Below are positions 1 through 8,962 of a DNA stretch of 64,000 nucleotides, piece after piece (position 1 is the first letter of the stretch; every line of letters begins with the position of its first letter). The notes below the pieces were generated by a model. The model searched no databases. It was not told the origin of the DNA and saw only the letters and a program-made list of their open reading frames with translations. Both the position numbers and the translations under genes were made by a program. The stretch covers positions 928,001 through 992,000 of the forward strand of contig CAVSGM010000001.1 of the NCBI GenBank assembly GCA_963727485.1. Reading direction: 5' to 3'. The DNA comes from an uncultured delta proteobacterium (GTDB lineage Bacteria > Myxococcota > Myxococcia > SLRQ01).

Positions 1-38
1 ACCGGGCCCTGAAGGTCGGATCGGTGGGCACACTTCTA

Positions 39-1001
39 CTATCGTGGGATAGCGTCCCGATGATTCTTGAGCGCACGGACTTGAGGTCGGGCTGACGACG
101 CTGGGTACCGTTGGGCACGAGATACAGGGTCGCGAGGGTTGGCCGCCCCCGGAGCCGCTGTCGCGGGCGGCCCCCGAGAGGCCGAGCGCATCTCGACGTC
201 GCCGATGGTCACCGGCTCGAGCGCCGCGTAGTCCGTGCGCCGCCACTTGAGGTGCGACAGCTTGCGGAGCTCCGGCGCCTCGGCCTCCACCAGCAGCTTC
301 AGCGCCTCGAGCACCACCCGGCGCTGCTGGTCGGCGCGGCCCTTCTCACCGGTCGCATGCCCGAAGGGAAAGCGCACGAAGGCCACCCGGGGCGGGTTCG
401 CCTTCAGCGAGTAGGCCTCGGAGATCGAGAGGGTCACCGTGGGAATCCCCACGGCCTCGATGGATTGGGCGACCAGACCGGCCGTCAGGTTGCACGTGCC
501 TCAGGCAGGCACCAGGAGCACCGCGTCCACCGCGGCGCCCTGCATCAGGCCGGCGACCTCGGGGCCGGTCTGGTACTCCATGCGCCGCAGCTCCTTGTCC
601 TCCACGTGGCCCATGAGGCCCGCGGCCACGGGGGCCAGGGAGCCGACCACGCCCTCGTCGACCAGCTCGCGGACGCGGCTGACCGGGAGCACCAGGTCCA
701 GGTCCTCCCGGGCGTCGGTGGGGTCGTACCAGTCGTGGGTGATCTCGTACTCGGCGGGGAGCCGCGAGACGTCGAGCTCGCGCCAGCTCCCGTCGCCCTG
801 GGGCGAGTCCGCCTGGCGCTTGAAGGGCGGCTGGTCCGGGTGGTGCACGCCCCCGGTGGTCACCAGCCCCAGGCGGACCTCGGACAGGGGCTTCGTCAGA
901 TGGGCGAAGGGTGGGGCGTCGCGTTCTTCGTGCGACCGGGCCCACATGCGCTCGGTGACCGGCACGTTCACGAAGGCCCAACGGATGAGACGCTCGAACA
1001 T
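39..1001 (-). CDS. PrdB/GrdB-family selenoprotein (D-proline/glycine/sarcosine/betaine reductase selenoprotein B-like), Sec at 501-503
   Basis: ORFs 501..1427 and 39..452 are in the same frame, separated by one TGA. Read-through gives VDAVLLVPA-U-GTCNLTAGLVAQSIEAVGIPTV (UxxC). Also has LGLVTTGGVH, HDWYD and FPFGH family motifs. ATG at 1001. The last ~50 residues are low-complexity and uncertain. Confidence 0.88.
470..484 (-). promoter_or_regulatory. Putative bacterial SECIS hairpin
   Basis: mRNA 17-31 nt after the UGA reads CGGCC-GGUCU-GGUCG: a 5-bp stem with a GGUCU loop, resembling the apical loop of the E. coli fdhF SECIS. Confidence 0.65.
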
Positions 1002-1145
1002 CGTGCCCGCTGTTATAGGGCGGAGCGAGCGCGGATCCACCCCGGATTCCGCACGATCCGGCCCGGGTTCCCCTCGCGCCCGCGACGCTCGCCAGTGGGC
1101 GACGGCCGTGGCAGACTCCTCGGCGATGCGACGGGGGGTGCCACG

Positions 1146-1488
1146 ATGAAGGTCGTCGCGGGCGTGATGGCCGTGCTCCTGGCGGGCCTGGGGATCGTCT
1201 TCCTCGCCGGGAACCAGGGCCTCGTGGGGCGCATCGTCCTCGGGGCCGTGCTCCTGGTGGCCGCGGTGGTGCTCCTGGTGGTCATGCGCCTGCGGCCCCA
1301 GGTCACCGAGCGCAACATCGTCCAGAAGATTCGACGTCTCCGGCCGGATCGAGGCCAAGGCCCTGACCTGCCAGAAGTGCGGCGCCACCCTCGACGAGTC
1401 GTCGGTGAGCGTGAAGGCCGGCGCCATCTTCGTCGACTGTCCCTACTGCAAGCAGAGCTACCAGCTCGAGGAGGCGCCCAAGTGGTAG
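1146..1488 (+). CDS. Small two-TM membrane protein with C-terminal zinc ribbon (CQKC...CPYC); +1 indel near 1330
   Basis: MKVVAG... has two hydrophobic helices. Removing one T at AAGATTCGAC gives KIDVSGRIEAKALTCQKCGATL...VDCPYCKQSYQLEEAPKW*. Stop overlaps the next start. Confidence 0.75.
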
Positions 1489-3005
1489 CCGACGTCCTCT
1501 CCCGCGCGGCCCGGGCCGTGCGCTCCGATCTCTCCGGCTTCGCCGCGGCGCTGGGCGGCGGCAAGGGCACCGGCCCCGCTCCCGGTCTCCACACCTACGA
1601 CTTCGAGGGGAACGGCGGGCGCACCCGGCTCCACCTGCGCGCCCAGCCCGACGGCACCGGGCTCCTCTTCGTCGACGTCACCGACGTCCTCCACCTCTCG
1701 GGCGCCGCGACCATGCTCGCCTGGCTCGCCCTGGAGGACGTGCCCGAGGCGCGCGCCCTGGCCACCCTGGCGCGGCGGTACCGGGGCCGCACCCGCGGCG
1801 AGCTGGCCGCGGACTACCGGCGGATGCGCGAGGTGGTGGCGAGCCTGGCCAGCCCGGGCGAGGGCTGCCGCACCTGCCAGCTCGACCTCCCCAAGACCCC
1901 CCTCTTCGCCACCCGGGCCCAGGCGCCCCACAAGGTCGACCTGGCGCTCACCTACGCCTGCAACAACGACTGCCCCCACTGCTACAACGAGCCCTCGCGC
2001 TTCGATCTCGACTCCCTCGACGCCGCCGGCTGGCGGCGCGTCCTCGACCAGCTTGCGAGCGTCGGCGTCCCCCAGGTCGATCTTCACCGGCGGCGAGGCG
2101 ACCCTGCACCCGGCGCTCCCCGAGCTCATCGCCCACGCCAGCGACCTGGGGATGATTGTCGGCCTCAACACCAACGGCCGGCGGATCTCGCACCTGAGTA
2201 CATGCAGGCGCTCGCCGCCGCCGGCCTCGACCACGTGCAGGTGACCCTGGAGAGCCACCGGCCCGAGGTCCACGACGCCATGGTCCACGCCCGGGCCTTC
2301 CACCAGACCGTCCGCGGCATCGAGGCGGCGCTCGCCGCCGGCGTCCACGCCATCACCAACACCACCATCACCCGCCTCAACGCCGGCGAGATCGAGGAGA
2401 CCGTGGACTTCCTCCACGAGCTCGGCCTCGACACCTTCGCCATGAACGGGATGATCTACTCCGGCGGCGGCGAGGACACCCCCGACGCCATCCCCGCCGA
2501 CCGCATGGCGCCCATCCTGGTGCAGGTGCGCGACCGCGCCGCCGAGCACGGCATGCGCTTCCTCTGGTACACGGTCACCGAGTACTGCGAGATGTCCCCG
2601 GTGGAGCTGGAGGTCGGCGCCAAGCGCTGCAACGCCGGCGAGTACTCCATGTGCGTCGAGCCCACCGGCGACGTGCTCCCCTGCCAGAGCTACTACACCA
2701 GCGCCGGCAACCTCCTGCGCGACCCCTGGGAGCAGATCTGGAAGGGCGCGCTCTTCCGCTCCTTCCGCGACCGGGAGACCGACCCCGTCCTCGCCGGCCT
2801 CCCCGACAAGTGCCAGAGCTGCCCCGACCTCCCGGTGTGCGGCGGCGGCTGCCGCATCGAGCGCGAGGTCCGCGAGGGCACCGCCCCGGGCGGGTGCCAG
2901 AGCTGCGCCACCGGGGGCGTCCACTCGAGCGGCGTGCGCTCCAGCGGCTGCAGCGCCGCCACGCCCGAGACCCCCCTGGTCCAGATCGGAGGTGCCGGAT
3001 GCTGA
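1482..3005 (+). CDS. Radical SAM/SPASM enzyme with N-terminal RRE/PqqD-like domain (compensating indels ~2078 and ~2190)
   Basis: CNNDCPHC (CxxxCxxC). IFTGGEATL and LNTNG appear in the shifted frame between the indels. SPASM cysteines RCNAG..MCVEPTGDVLPCQS..CQSCPDLPVCGGGC. The ~90-aa N-terminal beta/helix region resembles a peptide-binding RRE. Confidence 0.9.
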   Translation: MVADVLSRAARAVRSDLSGFAAALGGGKGTGPAPGLHTYDFEGNGGRTRLHLRAQPDGTGLLFVDVTDVLHLSGAATMLAWLALEDVPEARALATLARRYRGRTRGELAADYRRMREVVASLASPGEGCRTCQLDLPKTPLFATRAQAPHKVDLALTYACNNDCPHCYNEPSRFDLDSLDAAGWRRVLDQLASVGVPQVDLHRRRGDPAPGAPRAHRPRQRPGDDCRPQHQRPADLAPEYMQALAAAGLDHVQVTLESHRPEVHDAMVHARAFHQTVRGIEAALAAGVHAITNTTITRLNAGEIEETVDFLHELGLDTFAMNGMIYSGGGEDTPDAIPADRMAPILVQVRDRAAEHGMRFLWYTVTEYCEMSPVELEVGAKRCNAGEYSMCVEPTGDVLPCQSYYTSAGNLLRDPWEQIWKGALFRSFRDRETDPVLAGLPDKCQSCPDLPVCGGGCRIEREVREGTAPGGCQSCATGGVHSSGVRSSGCSAATPETPLVQIGGAGC

Positions 3006-4285
3006 AGAAGACCTTCAAGCGGTCCCTCATGGTCGAGCGGGCCGGCGGCGAGGCCCCCGAGCCGGGGCTCCATTCGTTCACCGGCGAGGCCGACGGCCGG
3101 GCGGTGCGCTACCACCTGCGGGTGGAGCCCGACGGCGCCGGGCTGCTCCTCGCCGACGCCGCCCGGGCCCTGCGCCTCTCGCCGGTGGGCGTCGCCGCCG
3201 CCGCGGGGATCCTCGGGGGCGAGACCCACGCCGCCGTCGCCGGTCACCTCCGCCGCCTGTTCAAGGGGGTCACCAAGGCGCGCCTCGTGGCGGACGTCGC
3301 CGCCGTCGAGGCCGCCATCGAGGGCCTCTCGCGCCCGGGGCACGACGGCCCGGTGGACAGCCTCGACGACCCCACCGCCACCGCGCGCACCCGGGCCCTC
3401 TCGGCGCCCCTGTGCGCCGACGTCCGCCTCGGCGAGGTCGCCACCGGCGAGACCGTGCTCCGGCGCCTCTGGGACGCCGGCGTCCCCCAGGTCGTCGTGG
3501 TGGTGCCCGAGTCACCGGACCCCGCCGCCCTCACGCGCCTGGTGGAGCTCGCCGGCGACCTGGGGATGATCACCGGCGTCCGCGGCCGGGCCACCGAGCT
3601 CCTGGGCGACGGGCTCCTGGAGTCCCTGGTCCAGGCGGGCCTCGACCACGTGGACCTCGCCTTCGCCGGCGACGCCGCGGTCCACGACCGCCTCTTCGGC
3701 GCAGGCGACCACAAGGCTGCCGCCACCGTCTTCGAGGCGGCGCGGGCGAGCGAGGTCTTCAGCGTGGCCGTGGTCCCCCTGGTCGAGGACACCGCTCACG
3801 ACCTCGACGCCGTCCTCGAGGCGGCCCAGGCCCTCGGCGCCGGGGCCGCCGTGGCCCACGCCGTGGTCCAACCGGGGGGCGCCACCCGGGCCCTGGCCCC
3901 GGAGGCCCTGCGCCAGGCGGCGGCGAGCTGCGAGGACTTCGCCGACACCCGCGGCCTCAAGGTCGTCTTCGCCACCCCCACCGCCATCGCCAGCGACGTC
4001 GACCTCGAGGCCGCCGTCCGTGCTGGCCCCCGGGCCTCGGGCGAGGGAACCCTCGCCGTCGACGCCGCCGGCCGGGTGCTCCCACCCCGGGGCGACGCCG
4101 CGCCGGTGGGCGACCTCGCCACCACCGAGGTCGCCGCCGTCTGGGCGGCCCCGTGCTTCGCCCCCTGGCGCGAGCCCACCGCGCCCCCCGAGCGCTGCGA
4201 CGCCTGCCCGGGGCTCACCACCTGCGACGCCGGCTGCCCCAGCGCCGAGACCTCGTGGGCCCGCCACCCGGGAGGTGCCTCGTGA
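2999..4285 (+). CDS. Degenerate radical SAM/SPASM paralog lacking CxxxCxxC
   Basis: Colinear with the upstream enzyme (PGLH..YHLRVEPDGAGLL, GVPQV, LGMITG, GLDHV) but the cluster motif segment is absent in frame. Only C-terminal CDACPGLTTCDAGC is retained. Confidence 0.85.
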   Translation: MLKKTFKRSLMVERAGGEAPEPGLHSFTGEADGRAVRYHLRVEPDGAGLLLADAARALRLSPVGVAAAAGILGGETHAAVAGHLRRLFKGVTKARLVADVAAVEAAIEGLSRPGHDGPVDSLDDPTATARTRALSAPLCADVRLGEVATGETVLRRLWDAGVPQVVVVVPESPDPAALTRLVELAGDLGMITGVRGRATELLGDGLLESLVQAGLDHVDLAFAGDAAVHDRLFGAGDHKAAATVFEAARASEVFSVAVVPLVEDTAHDLDAVLEAAQALGAGAAVAHAVVQPGGATRALAPEALRQAAASCEDFADTRGLKVVFATPTAIASDVDLEAAVRAGPRASGEGTLAVDAAGRVLPPRGDAAPVGDLATTEVAAVWAAPCFAPWREPTAPPERCDACPGLTTCDAGCPSAETSWARHPGGAS

Positions 4286-6123
4286 AGGCCGCCACGTTCC
4301 GCGCGCTGCTCCTCGGCGCCGTCGCTGCCATGCTCTTCGCCTGGGCGCCCCCCGCCCGCGCCCAGGGCTACATCTTCCGGGTCCCGACCTTCGAGCTCCA
4401 GGCGACCGTCAACCCGGACGCCTCGGTGTCCCTCGACTACACCATCGTCTTCCACAACCTGCCCGGCGCCCACGCCATCGACATGGTCGACGTGGGCCTG
4501 CCCACCAAGGACTACGACACCACCAACATGGTGGCCTCGGTGGACGGCCAGCACGTCTACGGCTCCATCGGGCCCTCGCCGCGGGTCAAGGACGGGGTGG
4601 TGGTCCACCTGGGGCGGCACGCCATCCCCGCCGGCGCCACCGGCACCTTCCGCTTCCACACGGTGGTCCCGGACCTGGTGTTCAACGACACCACCGACCG
4701 CAAGCTCGCGTCCTTCCGGATCACGCCGACCTGGTTCGCCTCCAGCGTCGTCGCCGGCACCAGCGACCTCAAGATCGCCGTCCTCGTCCCCAAGGGCGTG
4801 AAGCCGGACCAGCTGCTGCACCAGGGGACGCCGTTCACCGAGAAGGCCGTCTTCCACGATCGCGCCGCCGCCATCTGGGAGTACCGGAACGCCCGGGTCA
4901 CCGGCCCGCACCTGGTGGGCCTCTCGTTCCCCATCTCCTCGATGAAGCGGGTGGTGCACATCTCCAAGCTCGAGCTGCTGGCGAGGTGGTGGGTGGCGAG
5001 CCCGGGGGTGCGGCTCATCGCCGCCCTGCTGATGCTCGGGCTCTTCGCCTTCGAGTTCTTCCGCTTCTCCGGGCGGACCGGGTGCACCGTGTGGGGCGCC
5101 CTCACCGCCGGGGCCGTGGTCCTGTTCATCTTCGCGCCGCGGATGCAGCTGTGGCTCGTCGTCCCCTGGGTCGTGGCCCTGGTGCTCATGGAGTGGGCGC
5201 TGCGCCGCAAGCGCCGGGACTACCTCCCGCCCATCGTCAACGTCGAGGGCGGGGGCATCAAGCGCGGGCTCACGGCGCCCGAGGCCGCGGCGCTCCTCGA
5301 GGTGCCGCTGGGCAAGCTGGTGACCCTGGTGGTCTTCGGCCTCCTGAAGAAGGGCGTGCTGGTCTCCAAGCAGACCGAGCCCCTGGTGCTCGAGGTCGCC
5401 GAGGCGTTCCGGGGCCAGAGCCCCACGGCGAGGCGCAAGGCCGCGTCCCAGGCCGGCGTGGTCCTCCAGAAGTACGAGAACGCCTTCATCGACGAGGTGG
5501 AGAAGCACGCGGGGAAGCCGGTCACCGAGATGGACTTCTCGGACGCGGTGAAGGGGCTCCTCGATGCCGCCACCTCGCGGGTCAGCGGCTTCGACGTCAG
5601 CGACACCAAGGCCTACTACAAGAAGATCGTGGAGCGGGCGTGGAAGATGGCCGAGGACCTCGGGCCCATCGACCAGCGCACGAAGGCCGTGGACAAGAAC
5701 CTCGAGTGGCTGCTCATCGACCACGGCTACCAGCGCCGCTTCGACCACTGGGGCACCAGCGGGTTCCTCTATGCGCCCCTGTGGATCCGCTCCCCGGGCA
5801 GCGCCATCGGCCCGGTGGGCACCGCGCCCTCCGGGGGCTCGGGGTCGTCCGCGCCGAGCTTCGGCGACGTCTCCGGCTCCTTTGCCGGCTGGACCCAGAA
5901 CGTCACCGCGGGCATCGCCGGGGCCATCCTCCCCGGCGCCGTGACCGCGCCGAGCGCCAGCGGCGGGGTCATCAACCTCTCGGGCTTCGACCACGCCACC
6001 GCCGACGTCTTCCAGGCCATGGCCGCCTCGGGCTCGAGCTCCGGGGGCGGCTCCGGGGGCGGGTGCGCCTGCGCCTGCGCCGGGTGCGCCTGTGCCTGCG
6101 CCTGTGCCGGGGGCGGGGTGTGA
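4282..6123 (+). CDS. DUF2207-like membrane protein with C-terminal Gly-rich linker and (Cys-Ala)n tail
   Basis: Signal peptide (PARA-Q), beta-rich domain (VNPDASVSLDYTIVF), three TM helices followed by RRKRR, then LTAPEAAALL. Ends SGGGSGGGCACACAGCACACACAGGGV. Confidence 0.8.
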   Translation: MKAATFRALLLGAVAAMLFAWAPPARAQGYIFRVPTFELQATVNPDASVSLDYTIVFHNLPGAHAIDMVDVGLPTKDYDTTNMVASVDGQHVYGSIGPSPRVKDGVVVHLGRHAIPAGATGTFRFHTVVPDLVFNDTTDRKLASFRITPTWFASSVVAGTSDLKIAVLVPKGVKPDQLLHQGTPFTEKAVFHDRAAAIWEYRNARVTGPHLVGLSFPISSMKRVVHISKLELLARWWVASPGVRLIAALLMLGLFAFEFFRFSGRTGCTVWGALTAGAVVLFIFAPRMQLWLVVPWVVALVLMEWALRRKRRDYLPPIVNVEGGGIKRGLTAPEAAALLEVPLGKLVTLVVFGLLKKGVLVSKQTEPLVLEVAEAFRGQSPTARRKAASQAGVVLQKYENAFIDEVEKHAGKPVTEMDFSDAVKGLLDAATSRVSGFDVSDTKAYYKKIVERAWKMAEDLGPIDQRTKAVDKNLEWLLIDHGYQRRFDHWGTSGFLYAPLWIRSPGSAIGPVGTAPSGGSGSSAPSFGDVSGSFAGWTQNVTAGIAGAILPGAVTAPSASGGVINLSGFDHATADVFQAMAASGSSSGGGSGGGCACACAGCACACACAGGGV

Positions 6124-6830
6124 CCGCGGCGGACCTCCCGTCGCCAGAGGCCCTCGAGGCCCAGGCGGCGCGGCTGGCGGGGATGCGCAGCCGGCTCCTC
6201 CGCCAGGCCGGCGTCGCCCACCTCGGGCCGGTCCTCGATCTCGGCGCCGGCTACGGCGCGGTCACCGGCGAGCTGCGCCGGCGCGCCAAGGGGCCGGTGG
6301 TGGCCCTCGACCGGCGCCGCGAGGCCCTGGCGCACGCCGGTCCCCCGGCGGTGGCGGCGGACGCCCACGCGCTGCCGTTCAGCCGGGGCGCCTTCGCCGC
6401 GGTGTTCTGCCAACTGGTCTTCCTCTGGCTCGCCGACCTGCCCCGGGCCCTCGCCGAGATCGACCGGGTGCTGGCACCCGGCGGGACCCTCCTGGCCATC
6501 GAGCCCGACTACGGGGGCCTCGTGGAGCACCCGGCGGACCTCGCCCTCGGCGAGGTGTGGCGCGCCGCCATCGCCCGGGCCGGCGGCGATCCCCTCGCCG
6601 GACGGCACCTGGTCGCCCGCCTCGGCGAGGCCGGCTACCACGCCGAGACCCGGCTCCTCCCGAGCCTCGCCGCCCCCGACGGGACGCGCTTCGACGTCCT
6701 GGCGGGCCTGCCCCTCGAGCCCGCCGAGCGCGCCCGGGTCGACGCCGCCCGCCGCGCCGAGCAGGCCCTGCCGCCTGGCGCCGCCGTCATCCACCTCCCG
6801 TTCTTCTTCGTCCTCGCCCGCCGGCGCTGA
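6120..6830 (+). CDS. Class I SAM-dependent methyltransferase
   Basis: VLDLGAGYG motif I, ADAHALPF, RVLAPGG, EPDY. GTG start overlaps the upstream TGA. Confidence 0.85.
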   Translation: MTAADLPSPEALEAQAARLAGMRSRLLRQAGVAHLGPVLDLGAGYGAVTGELRRRAKGPVVALDRRREALAHAGPPAVAADAHALPFSRGAFAAVFCQLVFLWLADLPRALAEIDRVLAPGGTLLAIEPDYGGLVEHPADLALGEVWRAAIARAGGDPLAGRHLVARLGEAGYHAETRLLPSLAAPDGTRFDVLAGLPLEPAERARVDAARRAEQALPPGAAVIHLPFFFVLARRR

Positions 6831-6864
6831 TCGGCCGCGGCCCAGGTGATATAGAGCGGCGCAC

Positions 6865-8227
6865 ATGGGATCCCGGGAAGACATCCTCTCCGGCTGGGGC
6901 GGCTACCCGAAGGCGCGCACCGAGGTGGTGCGCCCGGAGGCGGTGACCCAGCTCCCCGGCGCCTTCACCGGCGTGGGCCACGTCATCCCCCGGGGCCTCG
7001 GGCGCAGCTACGGCGACGCCGCCTTCGCCGGCGACGGGCGCACGGTGCTCACCGGCCGCCTCGACCGCATCCTCGAGCTCGACGAGGACGCCGCCGAGAT
7101 CGAGGTGGAGGCGGGGTTGCGCCTCGACGCCCTCATCCGCTTCCTGGTGCCGCGGGGCCTGTTCCCCGCGGTGGTCCCGGGGACCTCCCAGGTGACCCTC
7201 GGCGGGCTGGTCGCCTGCGACGTCCACGGGAAGAACCACCACGTCGCCGGCGCCACCTCCCGCCACGTCCTCGAGCTGGGCCTGGTGCTCCCGAGCGGCG
7301 AGCGGGTCACCGTCAGCCGCACCGAGGACCCCGAGCTCTTCTGGGCGACGCTGGGGGGCATGGGCCTCACCGGCATCGTGGAGCGGGTGCGCCTGAAGCT
7401 CGAGCGCATCGAGAGCGCCTACTTCTCCGTGGACATCGACCGGACCGCCGACTTCGAGGAGGCCCTCGACCGGTTCCACGACTCCGACGACCAGTACACC
7501 CACTCGGTCGCCTGGATCGACGCCCTGGCCCGGGGCCGGCACCTGGGGCGCGGGGTGCTGCTGCGGGGCAACTGGCTCCCCGCCGCGGGCCTCACCGGCC
7601 GCCGCGCCCGGGACCCGCTCAAGGTCGTCCGCCGGCCCACCGCCGCGGTGCCCCTGACGCCCCCCTCGGGCCTCCTCAACACCGCGTCGATCACCGCGTT
7701 CAACACGGCCTTCTACCTCAAGAACCCGAAGCGCGCCCGGGGCCACGTCGAGGACTACGACAAGTACTTCTTCCCCCTCGACATCGTCCACGACTGGAAC
7801 CGGCTCTACGGCCCGAAGGGCTTCCTCCAGTACCAGCTGGTGATCCCCGAGGACGGCGGCCGCGAGGGGCTCCGGGAGATCCTGGAGACCAGCGCCGAGG
7901 CCCACGTGCCGAGCTTCCTCTCGGTGCTCAAGCGCTTCGGCCCCGAGGAGGCCGACCAGCTCCTCTCGTTCCCCATGGCCGGCTACACCTACACCCTCGA
8001 CATCCCCATGGCCGGCGAGGAGACCCTGGACCTCCTCGAGCGCTTCGACCGCATGGTCCTCGACCGCGGGGGCCGGCTCTACCTCGCCAAGGACGCGCGC
8101 ATGAGCGCCCAGCACCTTCCGCGCCATGTACCCGGGCTGGGAGCGGTTCCTGGCGGTGAAGCGCCGGGTCGACCCCGAGGGGCGCCTGGCCTCCGACCTC
8201 GCCCGCCGCCTGGAGCTCGTCCGATGA
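6865..8227 (+). CDS. FAD-linked oxidase, DprE1-like (frameshift ~8110)
   Basis: SGWG, RGLGRSYGD, VVPGT..VTLGG...DVHGKNHH, GGMGLTG, LSFPMAGYT, GGRLYLAKD. An extra C in CCC at ~8110 shifts the C-terminus. Confidence 0.85.
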
Positions 8228-8962
8228 ACGACACGGTCCTCGTCCTCGGCGCCACCTCGCCCATCGCCCGGGGCACCGCCGCCGCCCTGGCGCGCCGGGG
8301 CCACGACCTCCACCTCTTCGGCCGCGACGCCGAGGCGCTCGCGCGCACCGCCGCCGACCTGCGGACGCGGTACGGCGTCGAGGTGCGCACCAGCACCTTC
8401 GACGCCGAGGATCTGCGCGAGCCACGCGCAGCTGCTCACCGAGGCCTTCTCCGAGGACGAGGTCACCGGCGTGGTCGTCGCCGTGGGCCGCCTCGGGGAC
8501 CAGGCCCGCGCCGAGACCGACCCGGCCCACGCCGCGGAGATCCTCCAGGTGAACCTCGGCAGCGCGGTGAGCCTGCTGACCCACGCGGCCAACCACCTCG
8601 AGGCCGGCGGCAAGGGCTTCATCGTGGGCATCTCGTCGGTGGCCGGCGACCGGGGCCGCCAGTCGAACTACGTCTACGGTGCCGCCAAGGGCGGGCTCAC
8701 GGTGTTCCTCCAGGGGCTCCGGAACCGCCTGGCGCCCAAGGGCGTCCACGTGCTCACGGTGAAGCCGGGCTTCGTGGACACCCGGATGACCTTCGGCAAG
8801 CCCGGGATGTTCGCGGTCGCCGAGCCGGAGAAGGTGGGCGAGGGCATCGCCCGGGCCCTCGATCACCGGCGCAACGTGGTCTACCTCCCGGGGTTCTGGC
8901 GTGCCATCATGGGCGTCATCGACGCCATCCCCGAGACCGTGTTCAAGCGCCTCAAGCTGTGA
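8224..8962 (+). CDS. Short-chain dehydrogenase, DprE2-like (frameshift ~8415)
   Basis: VLVLGATSPIA, SSVAGDRGRQSNYVYGAAKG (YxxxK), KPGFVDT. Coupled to the DprE1-like gene. Confidence 0.85.
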
